Assembly (NCBI GenBank): GCA_000146465.1
Contig: CP001950.1
Reading direction: 5' to 3' (one strand)
Length of the DNA: 64,000 bases
The notes under the pieces were generated by a model, which did not search any database, had not been told where the DNA came from, and saw only the letters and a list, made by a program, of their open reading frames with translations. Both the position numbers and the translations under genes were made by a program. Below, in pieces: positions 29,704 to 39,650 of the stretch. Position 1 is the stretch's first letter. Every line of letters begins with the position of its first letter.

Positions 29704-29988
29704 ATGGACATACTGGATGCTGAGGAAAGTGATGTTGATTTAATCGAGCTTCAAGGAGAGGTTGAGAATATGGAGGCCTTTGATGGGAGGCTCAACAAGG
29801 AGCTTGTTCAGCTTGAGTTTGGAACATGTGTTCTTCACGGAAGAAAGATTGACAAAGAGTTTAATATCATTGAGACAGACGTCTGCAACGGAAGGCCTTG
29901 TTTAAAAGTCATAAAGAAGGTTAAATGTGTATATTTATTTGATAAGCCTCCTAGGTATAGAAGCTCAGGCCTAGGGCGTGGAAACTAA
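29704..29988 (+). CDS. Hypothetical small protein (94 aa), possible OB/S1-like fold
   Basis: ATG start; acidic N-terminus; no confident match. Confidence 0.3.
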   Translation: MDILDAEESDVDLIELQGEVENMEAFDGRLNKELVQLEFGTCVLHGRKIDKEFNIIETDVCNGRPCLKVIKKVKCVYLFDKPPRYRSSGLGRGN

Positions 29989-30846
29989 GCATCCGTGTTG
30001 CACACAATGCATTTTTCGTCTCTGTCTAAAATCAGCTTTTCCAAAGTAATATTCTTCTCCCCGCTGTAGAATATGAAGTCGTAGTGCAGGTTTGTTGCAT
30101 CTATCAACCCGCATGCCAAGCTTGCACACACAGAGTTAATAAAACACACATTCGGAATTATCTCGTCAAACATCCCAACAACATCAAATGCATTTACTTT
30201 CAGATTCTCCTCTGCAAGAGCATTGAATTCATTGATTATTTTCTTGATCTTTTCCTCCCTACTTCCCGGCTCCTCTCTCCTGAGCTCTACCAAGGACCGG
30301 AGTGTTTTCTCTCTGTTTTCCGGTGTTATCTTCTTTGGCAGAGATCCCAAAGAACATATCTCAGGGCCGTCTTCTCTGTATAACTCCCTGATACAATATA
30401 AACATGAAGAGCCTCTGTAGACTGCCTTTGCATGTGCCCTGTATCCACTTATTCCACAGTCGATAAGAAGTTTACACTCAGATTTTCGGAACATCAGGTT
30501 CAGGTTCATTCTTCCTTCGATGTTGTCAAGAGCCCCAAAGATCACGTCGTACTGATTCAAAACATTGATAGGAACCTCCTCTATCCTTCGTACTAGGAAG
30601 CTTGCTCTACCTCCATACTGCTTGTTTATAAACTCGGCTGCCTTCTCTGACTTGTATTTCCCTTGATCCTCCTTTGTAAACATGAAAAGCCTGTGGAGAT
30701 TTGTCAGATGAATTCGGTCATGGTCAACCACAAGTATCTTGCTCGCCCTTCCACCCAAAAGCTTCAGTAGCTCCATTCCAGTTCCTCCACATCCTGAAAT
30801 TAGTTACTCGCCACTTACCAACTAGAACTATCCTCATAAAGGGCAT
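29985..30846 (-). CDS. Ubiquitin-like activating enzyme E1 catalytic subunit (UBA3/UBA2-like, ThiF fold); two exons (30846-30819 and 30793-29985)
   Basis: After removing a 25-nt GTAAGT..AG intron the N-terminus reads MPFMRIVLVGCGGTGMELLKLL..VDHD.I..TNL.R (Rossmann GxGxxG + NLNRQ-like), restoring the otherwise missing nucleotide-binding motif; C-terminal C..C zinc motif as in UBA3. Confidence 0.7.
30794..30818 (-). other. Spliceosomal intron (25 nt), 5'ss GTAAGT, branch-like TAACTAAT, 3'ss TTTCAG, interrupting codon 10 of the E1 gene
   Basis: Minus-strand sequence gtaagtggcgagtaactaatttcag; removal joins ...RIVLVG to CGGTGMELLK in frame; unspliced read hits TAA. Confidence 0.7.
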
Positions 30847-30909
30847 AGGCAAAAGACATTTCACATTCAAGACATACTCATTTTTATTTGAGACTCTCAT
30901 GTCAATGTG

Positions 30910-32361
30910 CTAAAAGGTCTTGAGCACATCTGGATACATCTTCATTATCTTTTCCTGTACATCAATGAGAATTAAGGCTTGATAAACAAGAAACAGCTCG
31001 TCATAGCTTACCGCACATTTCAGAGCTTCCTCATAAACATGCCTCCCGTCCTTATCGTTTCTCCCAAGGAGAATCCCTCCTAGATACACATAAGGCTTAA
31101 AGAATCTTCTATCGGCCTCAATTGCAAGCCTGAAGTATTTTTCGGCCAATTCGGCTTCGTTCTTTGTCTGTGCAGCTATCCCTTTGAGCAGAAGAAATCG
31201 AGGATCCTTCTGGAAATGCTCCTCAAAGGTTGACATCACCATCTCCAGTCTCGCATCCTTGTTCCTAATGTAGTATTCACAGGCAATAGACAGGATACTG
31301 ATACTAAGTGGATGGGCTTCAAGTGCTCTGTTCAGGAACTCCTGTGCTCTTTCACTTCTTCCATGCCCCACCTCATAGATTATCCTGTCTACATACAGAA
31401 AGTCATGGTTTTCACATTCTAGTGCCATGTCAATGAACTTCTCATACAATTCATGGTTCTTGAGATTGAGATGGATCTTGGATGCATAGAATAGAACGGA
31501 GACGCTTTTGCTGTTCTTGGACACAAAGTCTTCTATGTCCATAGGTGTATCTCCGTGAAGAGTTTTAAGATACTCCCGGAGGCTGATTGAAAAAATCATC
31601 TTTTCGTTCTCTAGTAGAGAAACAGCTTCCATGTCCTTTCCCCTTACATGGACTATTCCTGCAACCACAAACCTTGATATACTGTCATCTCTCTTCTCTG
31701 CCTTCTCAAAGGCCTCATCGTACTTCCCACCTCGAATAAGCCTAACCAACTCGTCATTTACAAAAGACTCGCTTTCAAACAAATCAGGAAAGGTTGCGAA
31801 GAAGTTTTCATATGAAATCTTGGACGGGCATGCCTCCCTTGTACCTGCCATCTTCCTGGCCTCGGCCTCTGCTTCCAACTTCAAAATCTCCTGTGCAAGC
31901 TTTCTATACTTCTCGTCCTTTGTCACAAGCCCGCACAAAAAGGCATCGCAAAGGGTCTCTCTCCTCATCTCCAGAGCCCTGTGGCATTCGTATCTTAGCC
32001 TCAGAGCCTTTTCGTTGTTAAGTATGTTTATTTGGAGGGATCTCCCGGCATATGCTACTGCCTCTTTGTATGCCTTAATCTTTGCAAGACATATCGTAAG
32101 ATTGTTGTATACACTAACAAGCCTCTCATCACACTCCTCCATTAGATTCAGGCACTTTAGGTACAAGACTGCAGCCTCGCTGTACATCTTCTCTTTCAAC
32201 AACAAAAGACCTCTATCCATGTACTCTCTGATACTTTTCTCTCTCCGGTTTCTTCTCCATGCACGAACCCCCTGCCACACAAGTATAGCTCCAGACATCA
32301 CAGTAACAGCTAGAAAAGCAGAAGTCTTCCTCCCTACCATTGGGTCCAAAATATTGCCCAA
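30910..32361 (-). CDS. TOM70: Tom70-like TPR receptor of the mitosomal/mitochondrial outer membrane (N-terminal TM anchor + TPR repeats)
   Basis: N-terminal hydrophobic anchor (SAFLAVTVMSGAILVW) followed by multiple TPR-like helical pairs (..EAAVLYLKCLNL.., ..YKEAVAYAGRSLQI.., ..ERAQEFLNRALEAHP..). Confidence 0.55.
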   Translation of the reverse strand: MGNILDPMVGRKTSAFLAVTVMSGAILVWQGVRAWRRNRREKSIREYMDRGLLLLKEKMYSEAAVLYLKCLNLMEECDERLVSVYNNLTICLAKIKAYKEAVAYAGRSLQINILNNEKALRLRYECHRALEMRRETLCDAFLCGLVTKDEKYRKLAQEILKLEAEAEARKMAGTREACPSKISYENFFATFPDLFESESFVNDELVRLIRGGKYDEAFEKAEKRDDSISRFVVAGIVHVRGKDMEAVSLLENEKMIFSISLREYLKTLHGDTPMDIEDFVSKNSKSVSVLFYASKIHLNLKNHELYEKFIDMALECENHDFLYVDRIIYEVGHGRSERAQEFLNRALEAHPLSISILSIACEYYIRNKDARLEMVMSTFEEHFQKDPRFLLLKGIAAQTKNEAELAEKYFRLAIEADRRFFKPYVYLGGILLGRNDKDGRHVYEEALKCAVSYDELFLVYQALILIDVQEKIMKMYPDVLKTF

Positions 32362-32374
32362 TTTTTACTTCAAC

Positions 32375-34363
32375 CTAAATGCCTGTTCTCTCAGACTTCT
32401 GGTTTCCATAAAGCTCCTTGAACTTGTCTCTAAACCTTGAACACTCCCCTCTAATCAACAACCCCAACTCATGTACCTGTTCTCTATCGGCATCAAGCAG
32501 AAAGTATAACATTGTTTCTTTGATTCTATCGACATACTCCTCGGGAAACCTCCCTTCAATCCATGAGAGACAAGAGATAATAAGCTCATAATACCTTTCC
32601 AAATGAGAGCTTGTCTGTCCAAAGTCCACTGTGGCACCAGACAAAATCATAGCCCTCGATCCAACACACATGTACATGGCCTCCAGATCCTTTGAAGCTT
32701 CTTCTCTCCTCCACTCACATACAGCGCATCCTCTAATGTACAGACAAACCATTCTTGATGTTTCCAGAGACACCCTTTGGACTCCATTAAGAAGTCTATG
32801 CAGAATCCCAATGACACTTGCATTGAAGCAAACAAAATCTTTTTGCAATCTCCCTACAAAGGCATTCAGAAAAATCGACTTCTCCTCTTCAGACCCTAGG
32901 GAACTTATGTAGTCGGATATAATACATCTCAATCTGATAGTCCTTTGGTCCAAGCTCTGAATATTCCTTAGAAACAAGTCTACAAGGATGTTCCACTTCT
33001 TTTCAGTCTCAATATGTCCAAAAATCTTTATCAGCAGATATCCAGAGTACAGCAGAAGATCTGGCTGGCTTCCTATAGATTCCACAAATAGCTCGATATA
33101 TACAAGATGCTCAGGGTTCTTTACGAAGAGACTGTCAAACATAAACGCTAGCCACTCCTCCTGTAGTCCTGGATGGCAAGCAAAGACAATCATGTCGGAC
33201 CATGAAATATCTCTTTTCAGGCTTTCAAGGACTCTAAGTACTTTGGACGGATGTCTTGCACGTTCTATGTCATTGTAGAACATAATGCGATCGAAAGACG
33301 TCTTCCATGGATGCAAGGATTCCAAGCTCCTATATTTTGCCACAAGAAACCTGTTATGGATTCGGTCCCATTCATCCAAGCCCACCTGTTCTACCCTCTG
33401 TAAGGTCAGTCCTTGCAGTGAGGAGTAGGCTGACGAAAAGTTGAACCCGGCCGACCCTTCCAAGAGACGGCATATCGACGGAATTGTCTCCAGAACACAT
33501 ACTACTGCAAAGACTTCTTCATAGAGCGACATACTCCCAGAAGAAAGAGATTCAAGACGGAATATTACCTCTTTGAGTATTCCGGAGGATGTTTTGGAGA
33601 CAGAGGTGGTGAAGTGAAACCTAGATAGAAGATCAATGGTTGAAATGATCTCTCCTGCATCCTTTTCATTGATGAACATAAAGCTTGTGTGACGAGAAAC
33701 TATGTCAACAAGATAAGAGATTAGTGACAGGACATATTCGTCTCTTCCATTCATAGTGTCTGGGATGTACTTGAGCACCGACTGGAGGACGATACAGCAG
33801 GCCACAATGTTCTTATCAAGGAGATTCCGTGTTACATATGTAGTTAGCCTGGAAAACATTGGAAGGAGTCTCTTGAAACACATTGTTTCATTATCTAGCA
33901 GAAGCATGACCAGACCTATTTCCTTATGGCTAAATCCACAACTGAATATTCTTTTTATCATTGACTTGTACAGGCTGTACGTCTGGCTATATCCAAAGTA
34001 TCCTCGATAGTATTCAAGATCGATGTGGGACAATCCTAACTCACTGATGCAGCCAACAAAGTCCTCCATCCCAACAGGGATTATGGCTTTCTTTACGAAT
34101 TCGGACATTTTCTGGTCGAAATCCACTTCCACAATCTTCTCAGCTTCTGCAAACTCCTTAAAAAAGGCCTTGAGCTCCTTCATGATCTGAGAAGTTCCCT
34201 CCTCGGCCGAGATAGGGAGATTTACAAGCAGGAAGTATCTTACATAGATGTCTGGGATGGAAAGGATGTCTGCTATGGATGGAGGCGAAGTCCCCGCTGT
34301 TGTTTCTATAATCTTCTGTCTATCTGTTTCTATGTAGAAGCCTATGTCGCGTACAACTGCCAT
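32375..34363 (-). CDS. Large alpha-helical protein of unknown function (~660 aa)
   Basis: Uninterrupted ORF; start placed at the MAVVRDIG ATG because the upstream track extension overlaps a + strand gene; no recognised domain. Confidence 0.45.
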   Translation of the reverse strand: MAVVRDIGFYIETDRQKIIETTAGTSPPSIADILSIPDIYVRYFLLVNLPISAEEGTSQIMKELKAFFKEFAEAEKIVEVDFDQKMSEFVKKAIIPVGMEDFVGCISELGLSHIDLEYYRGYFGYSQTYSLYKSMIKRIFSCGFSHKEIGLVMLLLDNETMCFKRLLPMFSRLTTYVTRNLLDKNIVACCIVLQSVLKYIPDTMNGRDEYVLSLISYLVDIVSRHTSFMFINEKDAGEIISTIDLLSRFHFTTSVSKTSSGILKEVIFRLESLSSGSMSLYEEVFAVVCVLETIPSICRLLEGSAGFNFSSAYSSLQGLTLQRVEQVGLDEWDRIHNRFLVAKYRSLESLHPWKTSFDRIMFYNDIERARHPSKVLRVLESLKRDISWSDMIVFACHPGLQEEWLAFMFDSLFVKNPEHLVYIELFVESIGSQPDLLLYSGYLLIKIFGHIETEKKWNILVDLFLRNIQSLDQRTIRLRCIISDYISSLGSEEEKSIFLNAFVGRLQKDFVCFNASVIGILHRLLNGVQRVSLETSRMVCLYIRGCAVCEWRREEASKDLEAMYMCVGSRAMILSGATVDFGQTSSHLERYYELIISCLSWIEGRFPEEYVDRIKETMLYFLLDADREQVHELGLLIRGECSRFRDKFKELYGNQKSERTGI

Positions 34364-34488
34364 CCAGGCCTGGTGTGGAATGAGTTTTAAGTGCAGAGCC
34401 ACCAATGAAGTTCCAGGACATGTGTCGTGTGATGGAAAGTGTTTGATCTGAACACACCGATTTGACGAGCCCCAGAGCGTAACCCCGG

Positions 34489-35025
34489 ATGTCAAGGATA
34501 GGGGATAAAAGCCTTGGGCTCGAGAAGAAAATACACAAGGCAGCACTTCTTGAGACAGTTACGGTCTTGAACGATGTTGCCGATGGCAAGAAAAAAAGAA
34601 AGAGCAGAGAGGATACTTCGGTGGCAGAGGTAAGGGAGAAAAAAAATAAGAAGGATACCCGAAAGAAAACCGATAGCCAGGGAATAAGACCCAGTAAGCA
34701 AAAAAGAAATGCAGCTAGAAAGAATGGAGAGATTACAAAGAAGAAAGTGGAGGAAAAGACAAATGAAGACAAAGACTCTACAGAATGCTTGAAAAAGATG
34801 ACAAGGAAAGAAAGAAGACTGGAAAAGCTAAGAAGTAAGGGGAAAGGACTACCTTCGAAAGAATATTTTGAGAAATTTATCAAGAAGTATAAGGATGACT
34901 CTCCACAGGAGAAGGCCACCCGGGGTGTTCTCCCTTCCAAGCGGAAGGAGGACTTCCCCAAAGGAGATGGAAACAAGAGAAAGAAAGGATCCTTCTCCAA
35001 AAAAAGAAAAGGTAGAGATCAGTAA
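34489..35025 (+). CDS. Lysine-rich basic protein (178 aa), nucleolar/ribosome-biogenesis-like composition
   Basis: ATG start; strongly K/R/E-rich; lies between two large minus-strand genes; the antisense frame is an F/L-rich artefact. Confidence 0.4.
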   Translation: MSRIGDKSLGLEKKIHKAALLETVTVLNDVADGKKKRKSREDTSVAEVREKKNKKDTRKKTDSQGIRPSKQKRNAARKNGEITKKKVEEKTNEDKDSTECLKKMTRKERRLEKLRSKGKGLPSKEYFEKFIKKYKDDSPQEKATRGVLPSKRKEDFPKGDGNKRKKGSFSKKRKGRDQ

Positions 35026-36872
35026 AGATCTATCCCTGGAATTAAATCTTTTCTGGGCTTTTTTCTCTCTATTGAAATGGCTTTTGTATGTGACAGCGGT
35101 ATGTCTTGACCGGAATGGAGCTTTACAACAGAGCAGTATATGGACGACACATCTTCGAGTATGCAGACTTCTATTGTTTTTCTTGCTTTGAAATAAATCG
35201 GCGTCTTATCTGAAGACCAGACCTTCAAATGGACGTCTTGGTGATCTTTCTCGAAGAGAAGAGAGGCTGAAAATCTCACAGGCATCCGACCGCAAACCTT
35301 GACTCTTGATGGAACATCCACATCATATTTCAGAAATCTTATGGAGCCAAAGTCCAGGCTTCTTATGTATTCTGCTATGTTTTTAGTGTTGTTAGCCATC
35401 GAGGGATCAAAGCCGGTATTTGCAAAGAGAAACGGGATTCTTTGGAGTATATTGCTTTTCCCTTTACGGAGCAGCTCGGCCATTCCTTTGTAAATATAGT
35501 AGATAAACCAATATCGGTGGTCATTTTCCTTTTTCATACGGCGGAACAGCCTCCTGTAGTTCTTTTCTCTTTGCTCTCCCCCATCCAGCTCCTCAAGAAA
35601 TTGATGAAGGATATCTCTAAAGAAGACATATCCTCCTCCACACCCGTCCGGCTCCGAGCATTCCATGATTTCAAGAAACAGGAAATGGTTCTCAATCACC
35701 TCGCTCATTCTTATTCCTGGGTTGGCTTTCTTCAGCTCCCGGAGAACCACCAGCCTTGCAATATAGAAAGTATCTTCTAGAGAAGACTCGACCTGTGCAA
35801 TGCTTGTATGCTTATAAAATCTATCCATATTTGCAAAGAACAGCTTTCTGTTCCTGGATACAATCTTTCTTATACATCTAAACACATCCCTGGATCTCAC
35901 GTTCACATCCATGTGGGAAACCAGGATGTCGAAGATCTCCACATCCTCGTACTTGAGGTTTGCAAGTAGACTAAGAATGTTTGCCTTGACCTTACTTCTT
36001 CGCTCTTTGAGACTTTCGCAGATCTGTCGGACTATCTCTCGGTCTATGACCAGCGTGTACTTTATGCTCATCTTCTTGAGGCATAGTGTAGAAAGCTCCC
36101 GAAGGTCTCCATCCTCATCGTTTAGTGAATCAACAATGAAGTCGAAGGCTCGGGAAACAATCCCCGGCGTGACCAGAGAGTATACAGAAGAGATTGTATT
36201 CCTACGGACGTCGGAGTATTCATCTTCAACCCCATATATCAGTGCTCCACATAGCTTTTGGTCATCAAGGCTTGTGACTTGCTTGCTCAGGAGTTTTTCG
36301 ACGACCTCATCAGAAAGGTCCTTAAACTCCCCAATTGCCCTGGAGACAAACACCCGTATTGTGAGCTCCCTATCATGTATCCTGTGGCATACAGATCGGA
36401 GAATCTTTATTTTATACTTCTCGTCCTCAGAAAATCTCATTAATTGATGTAAGGCTGCAATCCTAACGTCCGGGTTTTCATCCTCAGCCTGTTTAATCAA
36501 AGAAGAAATCCTTAGGTTCCACCTCTGGCTCAAATAGACTGCCCGGACAGAGTGGTCTGGATCATCTTGGAAAGAAGGCGGAATTATGTCTGGAAAATTT
36601 CTATAATGCAACATCAGTGATATCCTCCTTACCTTGGAATTTCTATGCAAAAGCATTCTGGATATGTCTTCGTATTCAACTTGAGTGCCTCGGCAGAGTG
36701 CATTCTCCAAATACACAATTAGATGATGATCGTTGCACTCGGAGGTGCATTCCGAAGAGTGGTACTTGGATATTGGCTTGGGGCTGCAGTCCTCGAAGTC
36801 TTTGCCAATGGTGTTTAGAATCTTGCACTTCGACGGCTCGTGAAGGTCGAATATCTGCAATCCTGGAAGCAT
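35019..36872 (-). CDS. HEAT-repeat protein (condensin / Integrator-4-like architecture)
   Basis: Repeated D..D..VR.AA/VR.IAL HEAT signatures (DPDHSVRAVY, ENPDVRIAALHQL, SDVRRNTISSVYSL); 617 aa. Confidence 0.45.
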   Translation of the reverse strand: MLPGLQIFDLHEPSKCKILNTIGKDFEDCSPKPISKYHSSECTSECNDHHLIVYLENALCRGTQVEYEDISRMLLHRNSKVRRISLMLHYRNFPDIIPPSFQDDPDHSVRAVYLSQRWNLRISSLIKQAEDENPDVRIAALHQLMRFSEDEKYKIKILRSVCHRIHDRELTIRVFVSRAIGEFKDLSDEVVEKLLSKQVTSLDDQKLCGALIYGVEDEYSDVRRNTISSVYSLVTPGIVSRAFDFIVDSLNDEDGDLRELSTLCLKKMSIKYTLVIDREIVRQICESLKERRSKVKANILSLLANLKYEDVEIFDILVSHMDVNVRSRDVFRCIRKIVSRNRKLFFANMDRFYKHTSIAQVESSLEDTFYIARLVVLRELKKANPGIRMSEVIENHFLFLEIMECSEPDGCGGGYVFFRDILHQFLEELDGGEQREKNYRRLFRRMKKENDHRYWFIYYIYKGMAELLRKGKSNILQRIPFLFANTGFDPSMANNTKNIAEYIRSLDFGSIRFLKYDVDVPSRVKVCGRMPVRFSASLLFEKDHQDVHLKVWSSDKTPIYFKARKTIEVCILEDVSSIYCSVVKLHSGQDIPLSHTKAISIERKKPRKDLIPGIDLY

Positions 36873-36918
36873 ATGGGCGCGGAAGTGGAAGCTTAAAAAA
36901 TACCCCTGCTCTTAGTCC

Positions 36919-37920
36919 ATGGACGGACCAAAAAATGTCAGAGATCTTTGCAGAAAAGTGAAGGACGAGCTTTCGTTCAGAAAAGAGGTGAAGGGTATTG
37001 ACTTCGAGAAGGAATGGGACTTCATGGAAATAATAAAGTCTTTTGAAACGACTGGGTTCCAGGGGACAAATCTATACAAGGCAATTGAGGAGATTGAAAG
37101 GATGAGAGGCTCGAAGATATTTTTTGGATGCACCAGCAACATAATCAGCTCTGGACTCAGAGATATTATTGCCACGCTTGTCAAGAGGAAGTATGTCCAT
37201 GTACTTGTGACTACAGGAGGAGGAATAGAGGAGGACTTGATTAAGACATTCAAGCCGACCTTCTGTGGGGATTTCAACCTTAAGGGAAAGGACCTCCGAG
37301 ACAACGGGTTGAACCGAATAGGAAACCTTGTAATCCCAAGTGAAAACTATGAAGACTTCGAGACGTGGCTGAACGAGGTTGTAAACGACATAACCGAGGG
37401 ATATACAAAGGAACATCCAAGAATACTGACGCCATCGTCATTCATAAAAATCCTTGGAGAAAGAATAAATAACGAGTCTTCGGTGCTCTACTGGGCTGCA
37501 AAGAATAACATACCTGTATACTCTCCAGCAGTTACCGATGGATCAATTGGAGATATACTATCATTCCATCCAAGAAGAAATATGCTGAAGCTGGATATTG
37601 TCGAGGATACATATCGGATGAACTGTGAAGCTGTTTTTAATGGGGAAACAGGGGCCATCATACTTGGATGTGGGATTGTTAAGCATCACATCCTCAATGC
37701 TAATCTATTCAAGAACGGGCTTAATTACTGTGTCCTAATCAACAATGCTCAGGAGTTTGATGGAAGTGATGCAGGAGCCAATATAGATGAGGCAGTTAGC
37801 TGGGGAAAGATTAAATCCGAAGCAAAGGGAGTGAAGGTGTTTGGTGATGCAACAATCTTGTTTCCCCTGGTTGTAGCAGCCACATTTATGAAGCAGGACA
37901 AAGCCTGCCCGGAAAGATAA
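36919..37920 (+). CDS. DYS1: Deoxyhypusine synthase
   Basis: Highly conserved DHS motifs (IFFGCTSNIISSGLRD, TTGGGIEED, NRIGNL, GGGIVKHH). Confidence 0.9.
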   Translation: MDGPKNVRDLCRKVKDELSFRKEVKGIDFEKEWDFMEIIKSFETTGFQGTNLYKAIEEIERMRGSKIFFGCTSNIISSGLRDIIATLVKRKYVHVLVTTGGGIEEDLIKTFKPTFCGDFNLKGKDLRDNGLNRIGNLVIPSENYEDFETWLNEVVNDITEGYTKEHPRILTPSSFIKILGERINNESSVLYWAAKNNIPVYSPAVTDGSIGDILSFHPRRNMLKLDIVEDTYRMNCEAVFNGETGAIILGCGIVKHHILNANLFKNGLNYCVLINNAQEFDGSDAGANIDEAVSWGKIKSEAKGVKVFGDATILFPLVVAATFMKQDKACPER

Positions 37921-37942
37921 TAAAGCCTTTATATCTGTTTGT

Positions 37943-38640
37943 TCAGTCTACTGTGTACTCAAGCCCGAAGCTTTTTCCATATCCACAGAGCTTCATTGAT
38001 GCGTTGTATGCAGCTCCATCAGTTTCGGAGGAATCACCTGTAGATTTCATCCCCACACAATATAGAAAACACTCCATCGACTCTGTCCTGCTTGCTCTTG
38101 GTTTCAGTAGAACCACTCCATTATAGAATCTCCTGAAGTGGTTAATCATCCATTCTGTGTACTTTCCTTGGAGACACTTGCCCACAAATGAAGAGCCTGG
38201 CTTTGAAATCCTCAAGGAAGCGCTAAGTGCAGACATCAGCAACTCTATTTGGAGATACTCATCTATCTCATGGATTCCGGTTATGTCCGGAGCTCCGTCA
38301 CACATTACAAGGTCTGCCAGTACTCCTTCTAGAGCCTCTACTATACTCCGTAAGCACGAGTCTGAAGTTATATCGCCCTTAATGCACACCACACCCTCCA
38401 TCGGGACAATGTCCTGGACATCCACAGACACTATTTTTGGACATCCCTCCTTGGAAAGCAGCCTTTCGGATGCATACTGAGACCAGCTTCCCGGCGCCGC
38501 ACATAGATCAACACACTTTCAACTCCCTCAAACAGATTGTACTCCTCGTCGATATCAATGAGCTTGTACACGCTTCTGGCTCTGTACTTGTTCTTCTTTG
38601 CAAGTCTGTAATAGACGTCTCTTTTTTCTTCTCCATCCAT
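37943..38640 (-). CDS. FtsJ/Trm7-type RNA 2'-O-methyltransferase, interrupted by a 1-nt frameshift (~38513)
   Basis: Piece 1: KRDVYYRLAKKNKYRARSVYKL...LFEGVES. Then only in the -1 frame: CVDLCAAPGSWSQ (SAM-binding motif I) ...IVSVDVQDIV...VCDGAPDITG (piece 2). The two track ORFs 38431-38667 and 37943-38431 are one gene. Confidence 0.6.
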
Positions 38641-38701
38641 TCCCGGGGACAAAAACCACATTGCCATTGCACCTCATACTTTGGGCCAAAAAAGCCCCTA
38701 A

Positions 38702-38941
38702 ATGTTTAGTCTGATGTCTGTTGTGTACGGAGTCCTGTTTCTCTTGAACTCCATAGTTATACTCGACGAAAAGAGATTTCTGTCCAGAGTGGGCCTTCCC
38801 TTATCTCCAGAAGCCAGAGGCATCCTTGGCCCAAGCCGTAAGAAGGTTGTCGACTTGATCAGAGCGATCAAGACCGTAATGAAGATTCCTTTAATAGTGT
38901 TGAATATAATGTGTATAACATACGAGGTATTTCTTGGATAG
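38702..38941 (+). CDS. YOS1: Yos1 / IER3IP1 small ER-Golgi transport membrane protein
   Basis: MFSLMSVVYGVLFLLNSIVILDEKRFLSRVG...KVVDLIRAIKTVMKIPLIVLNIMCITYEVFLG matches Yos1/IER3IP1 along its length; CCCC upstream of ATG. Confidence 0.75.
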   Translation: MFSLMSVVYGVLFLLNSIVILDEKRFLSRVGLPLSPEARGILGPSRKKVVDLIRAIKTVMKIPLIVLNIMCITYEVFLG

Positions 38942-38966
38942 AAAGGAGGAGTGGATTCTGTTTATT

Positions 38967-39582
38967 TCACAGAGTATCGCTCAGATCATGGCAGTCTATC
39001 TCGAACGAAGCGTCGCCGTCCTTGTCGGATTCCTCGGATACCACTGCATTGTTCCTAAATAAATCATTGGAGTCTAAAGCCTTTTCATTTATCTTGTGGA
39101 TTCTTTGTATCTCTTTGATGTAGTTCTTGTCATAACAGCAGTTTCCCAGTGAGTTTCCGAACTGCCTCAGAGCCCTCTTGAGAGCATCCGTTGCTGCTTC
39201 TTTCTTTGCTTTTTCATATGCAATGGCCTTGGATTTCTGGTTTTCCGAACTCCCAAACCCGATGTCTTCTCTGTATGTTCCATCCTTGAGCATGACCCTA
39301 ACTAGGCAAGATACCCCCAGCCCAATCTTCTTGTCCCCTCCCTCTTCATAATCAATCGTCATGCTCCGTATTTCCGACGACCAGCCGTTGAATCCAAAAA
39401 TCCGGTTTGCCAGGCTTATGGCCATCCAGCCCTCGACATATGCTATCTTCGACATGTTAAACCCAGGCCTGTAGCTGATAAACTCCGGCCCAAGCTTTTG
39501 CCTGAGAAGTTTCGATATCTTCTTTGCTTTCTTCTTACTAAAAGTACCGGGTCTCCAGCTCCTTGGTTCTCCTTCTTGCATA
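38967..39582 (-). CDS. RAD52: Rad52 (N-terminal DNA-annealing domain)
   Basis: LGPEFISYRPGFN...YVEGWMAISLANRIFGFNGWSSEI...FGNSLGNCCYDK conserved Rad52 core; start at MQEGE with GGGG context. Confidence 0.8.
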
Positions 39583-39650
39583 ATACCCCTTAAAGGACTG
39601 CATTTCCGAAACAAGAACAAATAAATATTTCCTTGGTAGGGGTAACAAAA

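Noticed and set aside
34320-35000. Minus-strand ORF 34320-35000 (226 aa, F/L/S-rich) and other long antisense ORFs (e.g. 3373-4170, 9413-10426, 45186-46055, 52387-53154)
   Set aside because: Low-complexity mirror frames of real genes on the opposite strand (K/E-rich or conserved coding strands); no start context or domain.
36635-36670. GGTAAGG...TTATAG on the minus strand inside the HEAT-repeat gene, as a possible intron
   Set aside because: The ORF is continuous and HEAT-repeat periodicity is maintained through it; no branch motif.
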